From positions 1 through 64,000 of the IMG/VR virus record IMGVR_UViG_3300043411_000952: a DNA stretch of 64,000 nt. One strand, 5' to 3'. Shown here in pieces: positions 19,159-30,200 of the stretch. The notes beneath the pieces are model-generated. The model made no database searches. It was not told the DNA's origin and saw only the letters and a list, made by a program, of their open reading frames with translations. The translations under genes and the position numbers were made by a program. The DNA comes from a virus. How positions within the stretch are numbered: the first letter of the stretch is position 1; each line of letters starts with the position of its first letter.

Positions 19159-19195
19159 ATAGTTAAGTGTGTTCAAAATTTTTAGAGATTTATAA

Positions 19196-20638
19196 ATGAG
19201 TAAAGAAGTTCACCTCATGTGGGATGATTCTGTACTGACTATTGCCCCTTCCAGTCCTGCATTGGAAAAGTTTCTGACTTATAGGGAAAAGAAGTTGGCT
19301 CAGGATCCGAATTGCCCATGGAAAAAAGTTACTAAGGTAACTGTAAATCCTTTATACAAAGTCATAAATCAGCAGAATGGATACAATGTTATCCAGACGA
19401 TGCAGGGTATGTGGTTGAAAGTAAAAACATTTTTAGAGGATAAAGGCTACGACGTAAAGTTCTACGACATGCGTTTAGCTTTCCCTAAACCTCGCTTAGA
19501 CCTGATGTGCGGATTTAGATTTAAACAAGAAGAACTCCTTACTTCCTTTTTAAGTACAAATTGTAGCGGACTATTAGGTGCGCCCACTCGGTATGGGAAG
19601 ACGGTCCTAATCAAAAATACTATACGTGCGTATCCAAATGTACACACAGTAGTCACTGCTCCCGGTGCAGATTTGGTAAAACAACTGTATGAAGACATTA
19701 AAGAAGCGTTACCTCATAGGGAGGTAAAACTAATAGGCGCAGGTTCTACTAAGAGTCCATGCGATGACATTAATGTCGTAAGCATGGATAGCTTGCATAA
19801 GTGCGATGCCGCCGCTTGTAGATTATTATTAGTTGATGAGCCACATGCGTGTGTCACAGACAGTCGTTTACCTGAGCTAGCCAAATTCGATAAGGCACGT
19901 CGTATTGGGTTCGGTGCTACTCTTAAAGGTAGATTTGATCAGCGCGATATTCTTATTGAAGCGCTGCTTGGTCCGGTTATTGCAGAGCGCACATTCCAAG
20001 AAGCTGTAGCTGAAGGTGCTGTGTGCCCTCTTATTGTGTACATGGTCGTGATGCCTTTAGCAGGTAATTCGGATGACCGTGATCGCGCATACAAGACGCA
20101 TCTATTTAAAGGTGAGCGCGTAGCTAAGGCTGTGCGCTGGATTTGTCATGAGCTTCTCCCTCAAGACTGGCAGACCTTGCTCTTTATTAAAAATGAAGAC
20201 CAGGCTGAATACTTTCTAGATTGGGTTGGGCAGGACGGTACTATCGCCATGGCCAAACGCATGACCAAGAAGGAGCGAGAGGAGTTAATGGAAAGAATGC
20301 GTGGCGCTGAAATCAAACGCTGCCTGGCTAGTGAAATATATGCACAGGGTGTGACCTTCAACCATGTGCGCGCTCTTATTAATTTAAGTGGCGGAGGCGC
20401 TAACACATCCACAATTCAAAAACCTGGCAGGCTTGCGGAAGTACGGCCAGATAAGAAGTGTGGTGTTGTGTTTGATTTCTTCTTCACTCCGGGAACAGGT
20501 AGGGGGAACGGGATTCAAGCTTTATATCGCGAGTCCCTGGCTCGAGTTAAAGCATACACAGAAAAAGGTTACGAAATTATTTTCGTAGACGGGTATAATG
20601 AACTCGAGTCCTCGTTTAAATCCAAAGCCATATCTTGA
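19196..20638 (+). CDS. Superfamily 2 helicase (UvsW-like)
   Basis: APTRYGKT, LVDEPH, FGAT, QKPGR. Confidence 0.88.
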   Translation: MSKEVHLMWDDSVLTIAPSSPALEKFLTYREKKLAQDPNCPWKKVTKVTVNPLYKVINQQNGYNVIQTMQGMWLKVKTFLEDKGYDVKFYDMRLAFPKPRLDLMCGFRFKQEELLTSFLSTNCSGLLGAPTRYGKTVLIKNTIRAYPNVHTVVTAPGADLVKQLYEDIKEALPHREVKLIGAGSTKSPCDDINVVSMDSLHKCDAAACRLLLVDEPHACVTDSRLPELAKFDKARRIGFGATLKGRFDQRDILIEALLGPVIAERTFQEAVAEGAVCPLIVYMVVMPLAGNSDDRDRAYKTHLFKGERVAKAVRWICHELLPQDWQTLLFIKNEDQAEYFLDWVGQDGTIAMAKRMTKKEREELMERMRGAEIKRCLASEIYAQGVTFNHVRALINLSGGGANTSTIQKPGRLAEVRPDKKCGVVFDFFFTPGTGRGNGIQALYRESLARVKAYTEKGYEIIFVDGYNELESSFKSKAIS

Positions 20639-20695
20639 CTAAAGCCTTACTACGTGGAAAATAAGTGTTTCACTACAAACTGAGGAAATATTTAA

Positions 20696-20932
20696 ATGGG
20701 ACGTAACTCTAAAAAATTACTGGAAGAAAAACCTAGATGGTTAATGACCACCGAGGAACTGGATCATGCGGATGGTTGGTTCATTTATCGCAGGTTTAGA
20801 ACAAAGATGGATATGGCTGTCTTCGTAAATGATCCTGGTAATATTGTAGAGTTGGATATGCGCTACCCCATAACCGATTATAGACGCAAGTTAGATATAG
20901 ATAATAAATATATTGCTATGTTGAGACGCTAA
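20696..20932 (+). CDS. Hypothetical protein
   Basis: 78-aa ORF with TAATG coupling to the next gene. Confidence 0.6.
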   Translation: MGRNSKKLLEEKPRWLMTTEELDHADGWFIYRRFRTKMDMAVFVNDPGNIVELDMRYPITDYRRKLDIDNKYIAMLRR

Positions 20933-21570
20933 TGAATGACGATCGCCTAGACGCTGTAGCTAGAGAAATTCGCAATCATTACATAGAGAGAAAACGCCCA
21001 CTATACAATAATACCTATAAACTTGGTGCTGTTGATTTTACTCATTGGCAAAAAGCGGCTAGATTATGTGAGGAGCTGAACGCTTCTCCGGAGGTATTTG
21101 TAGATGCTGCTTTCTCGCAGTGTAAGAGTTCGCTTGGTCCGTTCCCGAACGCCATGTATGGGCCTGCTTGCCGTAACTGGTACAGAGCATACACAGACAC
21201 ACGGACGGCTTATAGGCAAGCTAAAGACGCAGCAGAATTAGCAGGAAGAGACCCTATGTTTGATGCTGAATCCGATAGTAATGTTGTTGATTTAAAATAT
21301 GAGATTGATTTTGTTGAAAGATCCTTACTCCGGTTAACCGGTACTAAAAAGATTAATGCTGTTACAATTGAATATGTGAACAGTTTAACCACCAGCTACC
21401 CGGCACATGTGCGTGTCTTATTGGGTTACGGTAATGATAAGGTGAAGCTATTCTTCGGTGAGGCCGCCTTAGAGATATACAACACACGTCCGCAAATGTA
21501 TCGCGCGGCTCAAACCCTTGGTTACCCAATCAAAGAAATTTTGCTATGGCTAAATGCCCGAAACAATTAG
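20932..21570 (+). CDS. Hypothetical protein (possible helicase loader by position)
   Basis: 212 aa, overlaps the dnaB start. Confidence 0.65.
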   Translation: MNDDRLDAVAREIRNHYIERKRPLYNNTYKLGAVDFTHWQKAARLCEELNASPEVFVDAAFSQCKSSLGPFPNAMYGPACRNWYRAYTDTRTAYRQAKDAAELAGRDPMFDAESDSNVVDLKYEIDFVERSLLRLTGTKKINAVTIEYVNSLTTSYPAHVRVLLGYGNDKVKLFFGEAALEIYNTRPQMYRAAQTLGYPIKEILLWLNARNN

Positions 21571-23060
21571 AAATTTACATAGACAAAAATTACAAATGGT
21601 TTGAACAAGCCATTGTAGCTGTGTGCAGGTCTGATCTTAACAGTTTCAAAAAGTTTAGCCCTGTGCTTTGCCTGAAGTCTGGGTCAAAAGATAAACACTC
21701 AGACGACTTTGAGGAGCATAACAATAATATACTGTATGACGCTATACGCGGTTATAACAGTTTATTCGAGGGAGCCAGCGAAAGAATATTTAGACCTATA
21801 GGTACTACGCAATTACTGTCGATGCTTAATGAGCGCGCTGGTAAGGGTGAAATGGTGAGCTTCTCTGAAATTCCTGAAATCGTTAAATACTTTGAGGAGG
21901 TGATTTTACCTTTCACCGTCGGTGAAGACACCGAGTATTTAGTTAACACAGGTATACCTTATTATCTTAAAAGTATACGCGCTAAGAAGATCATCAACAG
22001 TGCTTCTTTACTCGGTATAAATCTAGATGACCTAGCGTTAATATGCGAGACGGATGTAGAGTTAATTAATAAGCTAGACGACGGAGGCAAGCTCCTGCAG
22101 AATGTCCCGGATAGAATCGAGCTATCAGATATAGATGAGTTCGATGATCCTAATAAAGTTCTAGTTGAAACCCTAGACTGCGATATTCCTAAACTGAATG
22201 AAACTATTTCCTCTTTCAGAAAAGGACATGCCTATTTATTCATAGGCGGTACTGGCTCAGGTAAGACAATCGTAGCGTGCCAACTGGCCTGCGCGTTCTC
22301 TTACATCAATGGTGCGTCCGGGCTGTATATTTCTACGGAGCAGAAGCACGATGAACTATATCGTCGTATTATTTCTAATAAGTGTAGTATCCCGCATAGA
22401 ACGATTAACCAAGGGATATTTAAGGACAAACTTACTCCGAATGAACGACAACGTTATTTGGAATTTAGAAACAAAGCATTTAGTTTAAATTCTGGAGATG
22501 CGCAGTTTATTAACTGGGGCAACTTTCAAAAACAGAATGATATAAATATAATTAAGAAAATCGAGGATGAGATCGATACATACGAGAAGGAGAGCGGCAA
22601 GAAAATCGATTATGTCATCCTGGACTGGATTGGTGGTGCGTTAGGATCAATGGCGGAAGCTGGGGATAAGACGCGGCACATTTACCAGGCAGCGGCAGAT
22701 GCACTAGAAGAGCTTTGTCGTAAAAGAAACTTCGTGGCTATAGCTTTTGCCCAGGCCGTACCCGCTGCTGTGAATAAAGTTAAAATAGACTCTCAAGATC
22801 TTTCTGAGTGTAAAACCATGGGCAGAAACTATTCTGCCATTATCGGTATATCTAGCTTGTACTCAGAAGAGTATGCTAAGCAGGTAGATCAGGAAAAGAA
22901 TAAGAAACGCAAAGACTATAGAATAGGTTCAGAATTGGATGAGGCCGCTACGTACTCTATCAAGCAATTCTTTTTTATTTCAAAGTCTAGGTTTGGTGAT
23001 CCAAAAGCGGTACCGTTTAAAAGAGAATACGAATATCAGCGTGTTGCTCCTTGGGTGTGA
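21546..23060 (+). CDS. dnaB: DnaB-like replicative helicase
   Basis: GGTGSGKT, YISTE, VILDW, FAQ, KSRFG (Arg finger). Confidence 0.85.
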   Translation: MAKCPKQLEIYIDKNYKWFEQAIVAVCRSDLNSFKKFSPVLCLKSGSKDKHSDDFEEHNNNILYDAIRGYNSLFEGASERIFRPIGTTQLLSMLNERAGKGEMVSFSEIPEIVKYFEEVILPFTVGEDTEYLVNTGIPYYLKSIRAKKIINSASLLGINLDDLALICETDVELINKLDDGGKLLQNVPDRIELSDIDEFDDPNKVLVETLDCDIPKLNETISSFRKGHAYLFIGGTGSGKTIVACQLACAFSYINGASGLYISTEQKHDELYRRIISNKCSIPHRTINQGIFKDKLTPNERQRYLEFRNKAFSLNSGDAQFINWGNFQKQNDINIIKKIEDEIDTYEKESGKKIDYVILDWIGGALGSMAEAGDKTRHIYQAAADALEELCRKRNFVAIAFAQAVPAAVNKVKIDSQDLSECKTMGRNYSAIIGISSLYSEEYAKQVDQEKNKKRKDYRIGSELDEAATYSIKQFFFISKSRFGDPKAVPFKREYEYQRVAPWV

Positions 23061-23116
23061 AAAAAACTCACATTTGTGTTGCGCGTGCCTTGCGCCTTGC
23101 TAGCATCGCGACTCTT

Positions 23117-24586
23117 ATGCTTTGGAAACCTTGCGCCTTCGTTAAAACGGAAGAAAGACCTCGCCGTCCTATTGCTCACAACACGTTGAGTATACCTGAA
23201 CATATGGTGATAGCTGGCGAGAGCGACATCCCTGTTTTGGCTGTCAAACTTAACTTCAAGTCTATTGAGGATAAAACTAAAGGCGAGGTGTTAGCCTTGA
23301 TCGAGCATATGAATAAGCTCGGTAAGTTTGTTTCTAAAGAGTGGGTATTTACGCGTCTTAATTTTAAAGCACGTAAAGCCGACGACATCTTCACCGAGCT
23401 CAAGAGGGAAGGTAAAATTGAAGATTTCTTAGCCGTGCGCGGTATACGCCAGCACGGAACGTATTGGCGTATTGCCGGTAAGAAGGCTCAAAGAGAGATG
23501 CAGTTAGCGCATGCTTCGATGCGTCGCGCGCTCCGCGCTTCTTTTTTGGAGAGTATTAACTCTCCTGAAGGTTCTCTGAAAACCAGAGAGGAAGACCAAA
23601 CAATTTCTGCTTCCGGGAATGATGCAGAAAAAGAATTTGAACCTGTAGAAAAAATATCATTGCGTCATCAAGCTGTTTCCCGGAACCATGAAGATGGTAG
23701 TCCGGGAAATGGCTTGGAAGGTACGCATTACACGGAGGCAGGATGTTTTGACCGTCTGTCAAACCCGGAAAATAACCCGGTTGAGTATGCGCTCATGGAG
23801 CGTCTAGCGGAGGTATCTGATGACAAAATGCTTACCCCGGCAGCAGCTAGAAGCGCAGCTAGAAGGCTGGATTCCGGTGTCATAAATAAAATTACAGTAG
23901 CTAAGATTTGTAAGATTATTGAATCTAAACAGTTGGCTTTCAGCTTGTTAGATCTTATTCGTAATTTTGATGAGATTCTCAAAGAGCATTGCGAAACCAT
24001 CAGACCCGGCGAGATTGATTACATAAAGGACCAGATTGAAGAGATGTCTTCAGGAACCTCGGAGAGTTATGTTTTCAAGGAAATCTCGCTAGCTTCCAAG
24101 ACGCTTAGAGAACTTGATTCTAATGTTGAAAAACTAACTTACACTGATTACTATAATTTTGTTAAATCTAATGCAATTCCTGTTTATGCTAAACTTGTAG
24201 TCCTTAGTATGTCTAAATATTATAAACCAAGTATACTTAAGTTGTTAGCTGTTGAGTTTGAACAAACTTTATTTGCGGAAATTACTGCTAACTTGGCTGT
24301 ACATGATTTTTTACTTAACTTTAAAAAGTTTAACTTTATTAACTGGGCAGCATTTGCCGCCCATCGTCGCGATGCTGTAGATAACTTGAGATGTACATTG
24401 TTCATAAATAAAATACGTAACAGGAAGCTGGATATGTTCGCGCATCAATTGCATTTCTTTGACCACCTTTATGACGCACACGGAAGTGAATACAACGCAG
24501 GGGTTACCAACGAGTACTATTCCGAGAGAAGTCCTGCTACTTGCGGAAGCGCTGAGTCGCCTTCACGGGCCTGCGTTAATTCGTAA
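23117..24586 (+). CDS. Hypothetical replication-cluster protein
   Basis: Long ORF. ATG 23117 is preferred over TTG 23051 because TTGCGC-N16-TAGCAT lies just upstream. Confidence 0.65.
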   Translation: MLWKPCAFVKTEERPRRPIAHNTLSIPEHMVIAGESDIPVLAVKLNFKSIEDKTKGEVLALIEHMNKLGKFVSKEWVFTRLNFKARKADDIFTELKREGKIEDFLAVRGIRQHGTYWRIAGKKAQREMQLAHASMRRALRASFLESINSPEGSLKTREEDQTISASGNDAEKEFEPVEKISLRHQAVSRNHEDGSPGNGLEGTHYTEAGCFDRLSNPENNPVEYALMERLAEVSDDKMLTPAAARSAARRLDSGVINKITVAKICKIIESKQLAFSLLDLIRNFDEILKEHCETIRPGEIDYIKDQIEEMSSGTSESYVFKEISLASKTLRELDSNVEKLTYTDYYNFVKSNAIPVYAKLVVLSMSKYYKPSILKLLAVEFEQTLFAEITANLAVHDFLLNFKKFNFINWAAFAAHRRDAVDNLRCTLFINKIRNRKLDMFAHQLHFFDHLYDAHGSEYNAGVTNEYYSERSPATCGSAESPSRACVNS

Positions 24587-25739
24587 TGAATCTAACGGCT
24601 TCCATATTTATTTACCTTCTCCTGAATGTTTAAAAACAGATGGACGCAAGGAAATACAAAGTAAGCATTTAACTGTAAATGCTTCTAGATATAAGCAGAC
24701 AGATGACTGGGTTAGCCATCGCGGACATATAGTAGATGAACTAGTTAGAGACTACAGTGCTGTATGTCACAAAACTAATACCAAGTATAAGGTATCTGAT
24801 TTACTAAACGAGAGAAAGTACCCCACGCTGGAAAAGAGGGGTTTACAGAATATTTCATCTAAAATCATTCAGGCGGCGACGCTGAAATCTGCGAGTTTAG
24901 TTGATGACGGTAAAGGAAACCTAGTTCCCATGGACCCGGGAGTAGTCACTCCAATTACTGGTCTACCTCCATTTCATCCTGCTGTAGAATATTTAAAAAA
25001 CAGAGGTTATGATTTGGATCTTCTGTATAAACAATTCAAGTGCTCGTATTGTCTTCAAGAAAATCCCGAGAATGCAGAAAAGGGTATTTTCTATAAAAGA
25101 CTGCCGCTTGATTTCAAAGATACTCCACAAGGGAGAATAGTATTCTATTCTTTTATTAATGGGGTTCAAGTAGGCTGGCAGGCGCGTATTATTGAAAAGG
25201 TTGAGAACGGTTTGAAATACTATTTTCACCCTTACAAAAATAACTGGGTAGCTGCTGAGCAGAAGAATACTACAACAGGTAAATGGGAACCTCTACCTGG
25301 GATAGAGATTAAATTAGAGGGTTACGCTATTGAGTGGAAGCCTTCAAAATATAAGACTGCATTTGGTATGGCGCGTAATGATACCCTTATGGGTATAGAC
25401 GCTGCGGTTGAGTTTAATCAAAAACTTAATTTACGTAAACCTACCGTATGTGTTGTAGAAGGTCCTTTAGACGCCGCGCGTATAGGTCCTGGAGCCGTAG
25501 CGCTTCTTGGTAAATATATGAGCGAGCGTCATGCGGACTTACTAGTTAGAAAATTTAAAAAGATAATAGTCGTTGCCGATAATGACAAGGCAGGACAAGA
25601 AATGGCTAAAAGAATTAAAGAGTTAATGAGTGAGAGAGGTATGGAAGTAGTTTTCATTGATATACCTGAACAATACAAGGATGTCGGTGATATGCCTTAC
25701 GAGGCAGCGATAGAATTAATATTTAAACACCTACACTAA
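24471..25739 (+). CDS. dnaG: DNA primase (TOPRIM)
   Basis: EYLKNRG, GRIVF, GWQAR, VVEGPLDA, ADNDKAG, KDVGD. Start could be 24459 or 24471. Confidence 0.85.
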   Translation: MTHTEVNTTQGLPTSTIPREVLLLAEALSRLHGPALIRNESNGFHIYLPSPECLKTDGRKEIQSKHLTVNASRYKQTDDWVSHRGHIVDELVRDYSAVCHKTNTKYKVSDLLNERKYPTLEKRGLQNISSKIIQAATLKSASLVDDGKGNLVPMDPGVVTPITGLPPFHPAVEYLKNRGYDLDLLYKQFKCSYCLQENPENAEKGIFYKRLPLDFKDTPQGRIVFYSFINGVQVGWQARIIEKVENGLKYYFHPYKNNWVAAEQKNTTTGKWEPLPGIEIKLEGYAIEWKPSKYKTAFGMARNDTLMGIDAAVEFNQKLNLRKPTVCVVEGPLDAARIGPGAVALLGKYMSERHADLLVRKFKKIIVVADNDKAGQEMAKRIKELMSERGMEVVFIDIPEQYKDVGDMPYEAAIELIFKHLH

Positions 25740-25745
25740 ACTGGA

Positions 25746-27011
25746 ATGAGCACACAAAACACACACACCACATATACTATTGGACAAATTAATCACCGCG
25801 TTCGCAGCGGCGGCATTTATTGGAAACAGTGCCTGATCGTAGCAGACAGTGCGTGGTATTTAGTATCCGAGGCTAAACTAGGCGACGCCCTACATCCTAA
25901 GTGGTTAATTTCTAATACTAATTTAGCTAAGCTTCTTCGCGTTAGCGCAAATAATTTGGCTAGTTACTATCAAGCTGTGATGTCTGTACCGTCGCATGCT
26001 ATTTATCATGATGACGCTCCTGTGCATTTCGTTCTTGATGACGGCAAACCTATTAGACGCACGCGTCAGTTGATGTGGACTCTATCGGGTGTGAAGTTTA
26101 TTATCAACTTATCCGGTATACGCATCGATGCTGCAATTAAATCTAGTATTCGCGCCTGGATTTTGGCGCAATCTTCTGTTTACGGTGTTGAGTTGTCGCC
26201 TTCCTTCGCGACGCGCGCAGACCCCGTTACTGTTACTAAAGTTAAAGATTTAAGTATTACATGTGTAGCGGATGCGGTGCAAAATATCACAGCGTCTGTC
26301 CGTTACGTCGCGGGTATTGTAGACCAGCTTTGTCTGGAGGTTAATAGACGCAAAGAACTGGAGGAGGAGATGGCGACTCTACGTAAACAGGTTATGGCGT
26401 TAACCGGTAATTTACCTGGGCTACCAAGCAAGTTACCAAATAAAATTGATGCCGCACGAAAAGCGGACAAACCTGCTGTGCAGTTCACACAAGCCCCCAA
26501 GGCTGATAGAGGTAAGGCTATGGTATTCGCTATTGGTAACAATGGAAGTGAAAATGAAAGCCTGCACCAGTATATTGCTAGAAGAGGAAATAAGCATCAT
26601 AGAGCAGAAAATCTTACTCGTATAGGTTTGCTGAACAGTGATCAACTGTATTCTCTGTTTGCGGACTCATGGATTGACCCTGCTACTAATAAACTTATCA
26701 AAAAAGATAAGTTCCAGGAGCTGCTTCGTCGTACGTTCCATGTGGCGCATTCCAGCCACCGTACACCAATACTCAAGTCTGAAATGATTAGAGCTAATAT
26801 GGCTGTTGTGTGTCAGGTGCTTTGCAAGAAGAAGCCTAATCCTACAGACGATAATGGAAACCAACTTGAGCTCGATAATCCGGCTTATGTTTCCAGCGCA
26901 GAGCCTTGTGTTCGATTCCAGACGCGTTATACAGCGAAAGCTATTGACTACTTGAAGGACAAATGGCATATGATCCTGGGACAATCCAGTGGACAAAAAA
27001 TTAAATCTTAA
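25746..27011 (+). CDS. Antirepressor-like DNA-binding protein
   Basis: MWTLSGV motif, central coiled coil, C-terminal QTRYTAKAIDYL similar to KilAC/ANT. Confidence 0.5.
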   Translation: MSTQNTHTTYTIGQINHRVRSGGIYWKQCLIVADSAWYLVSEAKLGDALHPKWLISNTNLAKLLRVSANNLASYYQAVMSVPSHAIYHDDAPVHFVLDDGKPIRRTRQLMWTLSGVKFIINLSGIRIDAAIKSSIRAWILAQSSVYGVELSPSFATRADPVTVTKVKDLSITCVADAVQNITASVRYVAGIVDQLCLEVNRRKELEEEMATLRKQVMALTGNLPGLPSKLPNKIDAARKADKPAVQFTQAPKADRGKAMVFAIGNNGSENESLHQYIARRGNKHHRAENLTRIGLLNSDQLYSLFADSWIDPATNKLIKKDKFQELLRRTFHVAHSSHRTPILKSEMIRANMAVVCQVLCKKKPNPTDDNGNQLELDNPAYVSSAEPCVRFQTRYTAKAIDYLKDKWHMILGQSSGQKIKS

Positions 27012-27210
27012 GCTTACAACCAGGCTGGCTCATCTTGAGAAATTAAAAGATGAGCCAGTCATGGAAGATTTTGATGCTGGGCTTCGCGCCGCGCGTTACG
27101 ACGAGTATGTATTTATAAAAGAGGTATTGAAAGTATATGGAGAATCAAACGAAGGACAAGGTAGTACCTGTTCCAGACTACACTCTCCCGCCGTTACAGT
27201 ATCTCGATAA
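26989..27210 (+). CDS. Small hypothetical protein
   Basis: GTG-start ORF filling the gap before the polymerase gene. Confidence 0.4.
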   Translation: MDKKLNLKLTTRLAHLEKLKDEPVMEDFDAGLRAARYDEYVFIKEVLKVYGESNEGQGSTCSRLHSPAVTVSR

Positions 27211-30200
27211 GACAGGGACTGTTCGCGGGCATAATGGTGTTACATTTGTTTCTGGGGAAGGCATAAAGCCAGCCGATATAATGTTTATTACTTCCTGCGT
27301 ATCCCCGCAGGAGGCTAGTAAATTTCTTAAAGGCAGAGACGGAGGGCAGGGCGTCCGGGTGCAGCCTCGTTATCTGAGGTCAGACGCCGGTGTTATGTTC
27401 TCTGATATTTTTAATCAGGAGGGTATCGATCTTTATAAGTGCTACTACACAGCGCTGGTCAAATGGTTGCTGCCCAAGAATGAACGCATTAAGATACCGA
27501 AAGATGTAGTGGCTTGGGCGCTTCCCTCACTAGAAGAAGAGATAGCTCTCGTAAGCCCTAAGATCATTGTATGTATCGGCAAACCTGTCTTTGATCTTCT
27601 AGCAAATATAAAGCTGTCTTTGAGTGACGCCAAAAGCGGTTGGTTTTATAGCGAGAAGTACAACGCTAAAATATATCTCCTCGATGATACATATAAGCTT
27701 GTCTCTAACCCGGAGTACATTGGAAAGTTCCAGGTAGAAGCTAGAGAAATTAATAGGATGTATAAGGAGATATGTAATGTATCCACCGGACGCATTCCTT
27801 TAGAGTATGAGACAATTACTAATTCCTCTGATCTTAAAAGAGTAGTTAGCAATTGGAAACAGAATAATTTTGATGTAATTAGTGTGGACTGTGAGTGGTC
27901 TGGTAACAACCATATAGACGGTAAATTACGCAGCACGCAATTTTGCTGGGCCCCCGGTAAGGCATGTTATGTCCGCTGGATGGATGACAAGGGTAATTAC
28001 ACCTTTGATATTTCGTATAAAGAAGCAGGCGCTATACTTTCAGAGTGGTTAGATTTAGAAGATGTAAAATACATCGGGCATCACTTTGCTGCTGACGCCC
28101 CATGGTTGCATCATGTACTAGGACTTAATTGGTATGAGAAGTGTATTTTCGATACCGAGTTTGCGCAACAAACTGCTAATGAGGCCGAGGACCTTTCCTT
28201 AGAGCGAATAGCCCTGAAGTACACGGATTTAGGAAGGTATGACCTAGATCTTGTGTTGTGGGTTAAACAGAACAAGGCATTAATGGTGGATGGTGGCTAC
28301 GGCGCTATTCCGGATGAGATTCTTATACCTTATGCGTGTTTACGCCAAGAAAGTTTAGTACAGCTAGGCGATGGATCTTGGTGTAAAATTAAAGATCTAG
28401 TTAACAGTAAATATGCAGGAGAAGTTAAGGCTGTATTAAATGGTAAAGTACAGAATTGCAAAGTTACTAACTGGTACAAAGTCAATACCAGACAAAAAGT
28501 GTGGAAGAGGTTAGTAACTAAATATGCACAGAGAGGAAAGCATGGTTACTTAGGTCCGGTATTAACCCCTGATCATAAGGTAATAACGCAGAGAGGTAAG
28601 GTAGCAGTGCAGGATATTATACCTGGAAAGGATAGTATTTGTACGTCTTACAATACTTTTACGTCTACACAATTATCTGTATTTTTAGGTTGTCTACTAG
28701 GCGATGGCGGCATCGCGAGGAGAAACAAAGCGCACGCTGGTTTAGTTATGAGCCAGTGTGAAAAACGCGCTGATTATTTGAAGTGGAAAGTTAATGTACT
28801 TTTTGGTGACCCTGAAAATGTAGAATCAAAAGGTTCTTTATGCGCTTATAGATCCAAGTACACTCCATACATTGCCGCGTTATCGGATACATGGGAGAGA
28901 AAAGAGGCCTTGGCGCATAGTAAAAGAAAATTATTAATTACTGAAAATTTACTAGACCATCTTCAAGCGCCGGGAATAGCTGTCTGGTATCAAGATGATG
29001 GTAACCTAACTTGCGGTAACGAGGTACGTATTACTATTTACCATTTACAAGAGCAGGAGCTTGCCGCCTTACGTTCTTGGTTTAGAAGCAATATGGGTGT
29101 GTATGTTAAATATAGAAAAAATCAGAATCATATATGCTTTTCAGTTAAAGATTCTGTTGTTTTTTTAAATTATATTAAAGATTATATACATAATGATTGC
29201 GGATATAAAACCAATGTTCCGTATAATTTGAAGGTCAACGCGCATATACCAGGTCCTTTGTACTTTGAACCTATTGTTGGTATTAGTGACGTACCGGTCA
29301 AACCTTGTAGCGGTGATGGTATTCGTTACTGCTTAGCTGTAGATAAAGCGGAGAACTTCTTAACTAAGTCTGGTTTTGTTTCTAACTGCAAAGACGTAGA
29401 TACTGTCTTTAGAGCATGGCCAATTATTCAGCGGAGTCTGCAGGCTCAAGATCTTCTAGACTATTATAATAATATATTTCATCCGTTTGTTACGGATGTA
29501 TTTGTGAGTTTCGCCTTGGTTGGCCTTCCTATGGATGTAGCCATGATGGACGAGCTTAGAGTTTTATACACGTTTGCTAGAGACAAAATGGAAGTTATCC
29601 TGCGTGAGGAGATTCATGTAGAGGCTAAGAACTTTGTTTTAATGGCATTTGCAACTAGGTTACCTCCTGAGCTTGCTACTGAAAAATATTTAGAGTTCAT
29701 TTCTTTAATAGCTAATTCAGAGCATATGGAGGCCTGGGCGGTGCTTAAAGGATCCGCTAAAAAGCCTGATGATGTACCTAAACTTAAACATATATTCGAC
29801 CACTTTATTGACAGCGCGCATTTCAATATTAGATCTTCAACACAGTTAAAACGCTGGTTATTTAATGTTAAGTGTTACGAGCCTGTAAAGTCGACTGGTA
29901 ATAAGGAGAAAGGGCTACCTGCAACATCATGGGAAAAGATTAAGTCCATGCCGCCAGAGGCCCAGAAGAATTATAATCCTGCTGTTGATAAACAAACGCT
30001 GCAGATTTTATCTGAACAGAATAATGACGCGCTGCTTCGTAGGTTATTACAATTGAACGCTGTAGGTAATATATGTAAAGCTTTCCTTAAAGAGGCCGAC
30101 ATAGATGCTGACGGTAACGTTGTAAAAGAGAACGGGCTACATTTTTACCTATGCAGCGATAATCGTGTGCATGGGCAAATGAGTACCACAGAAACCGGAA

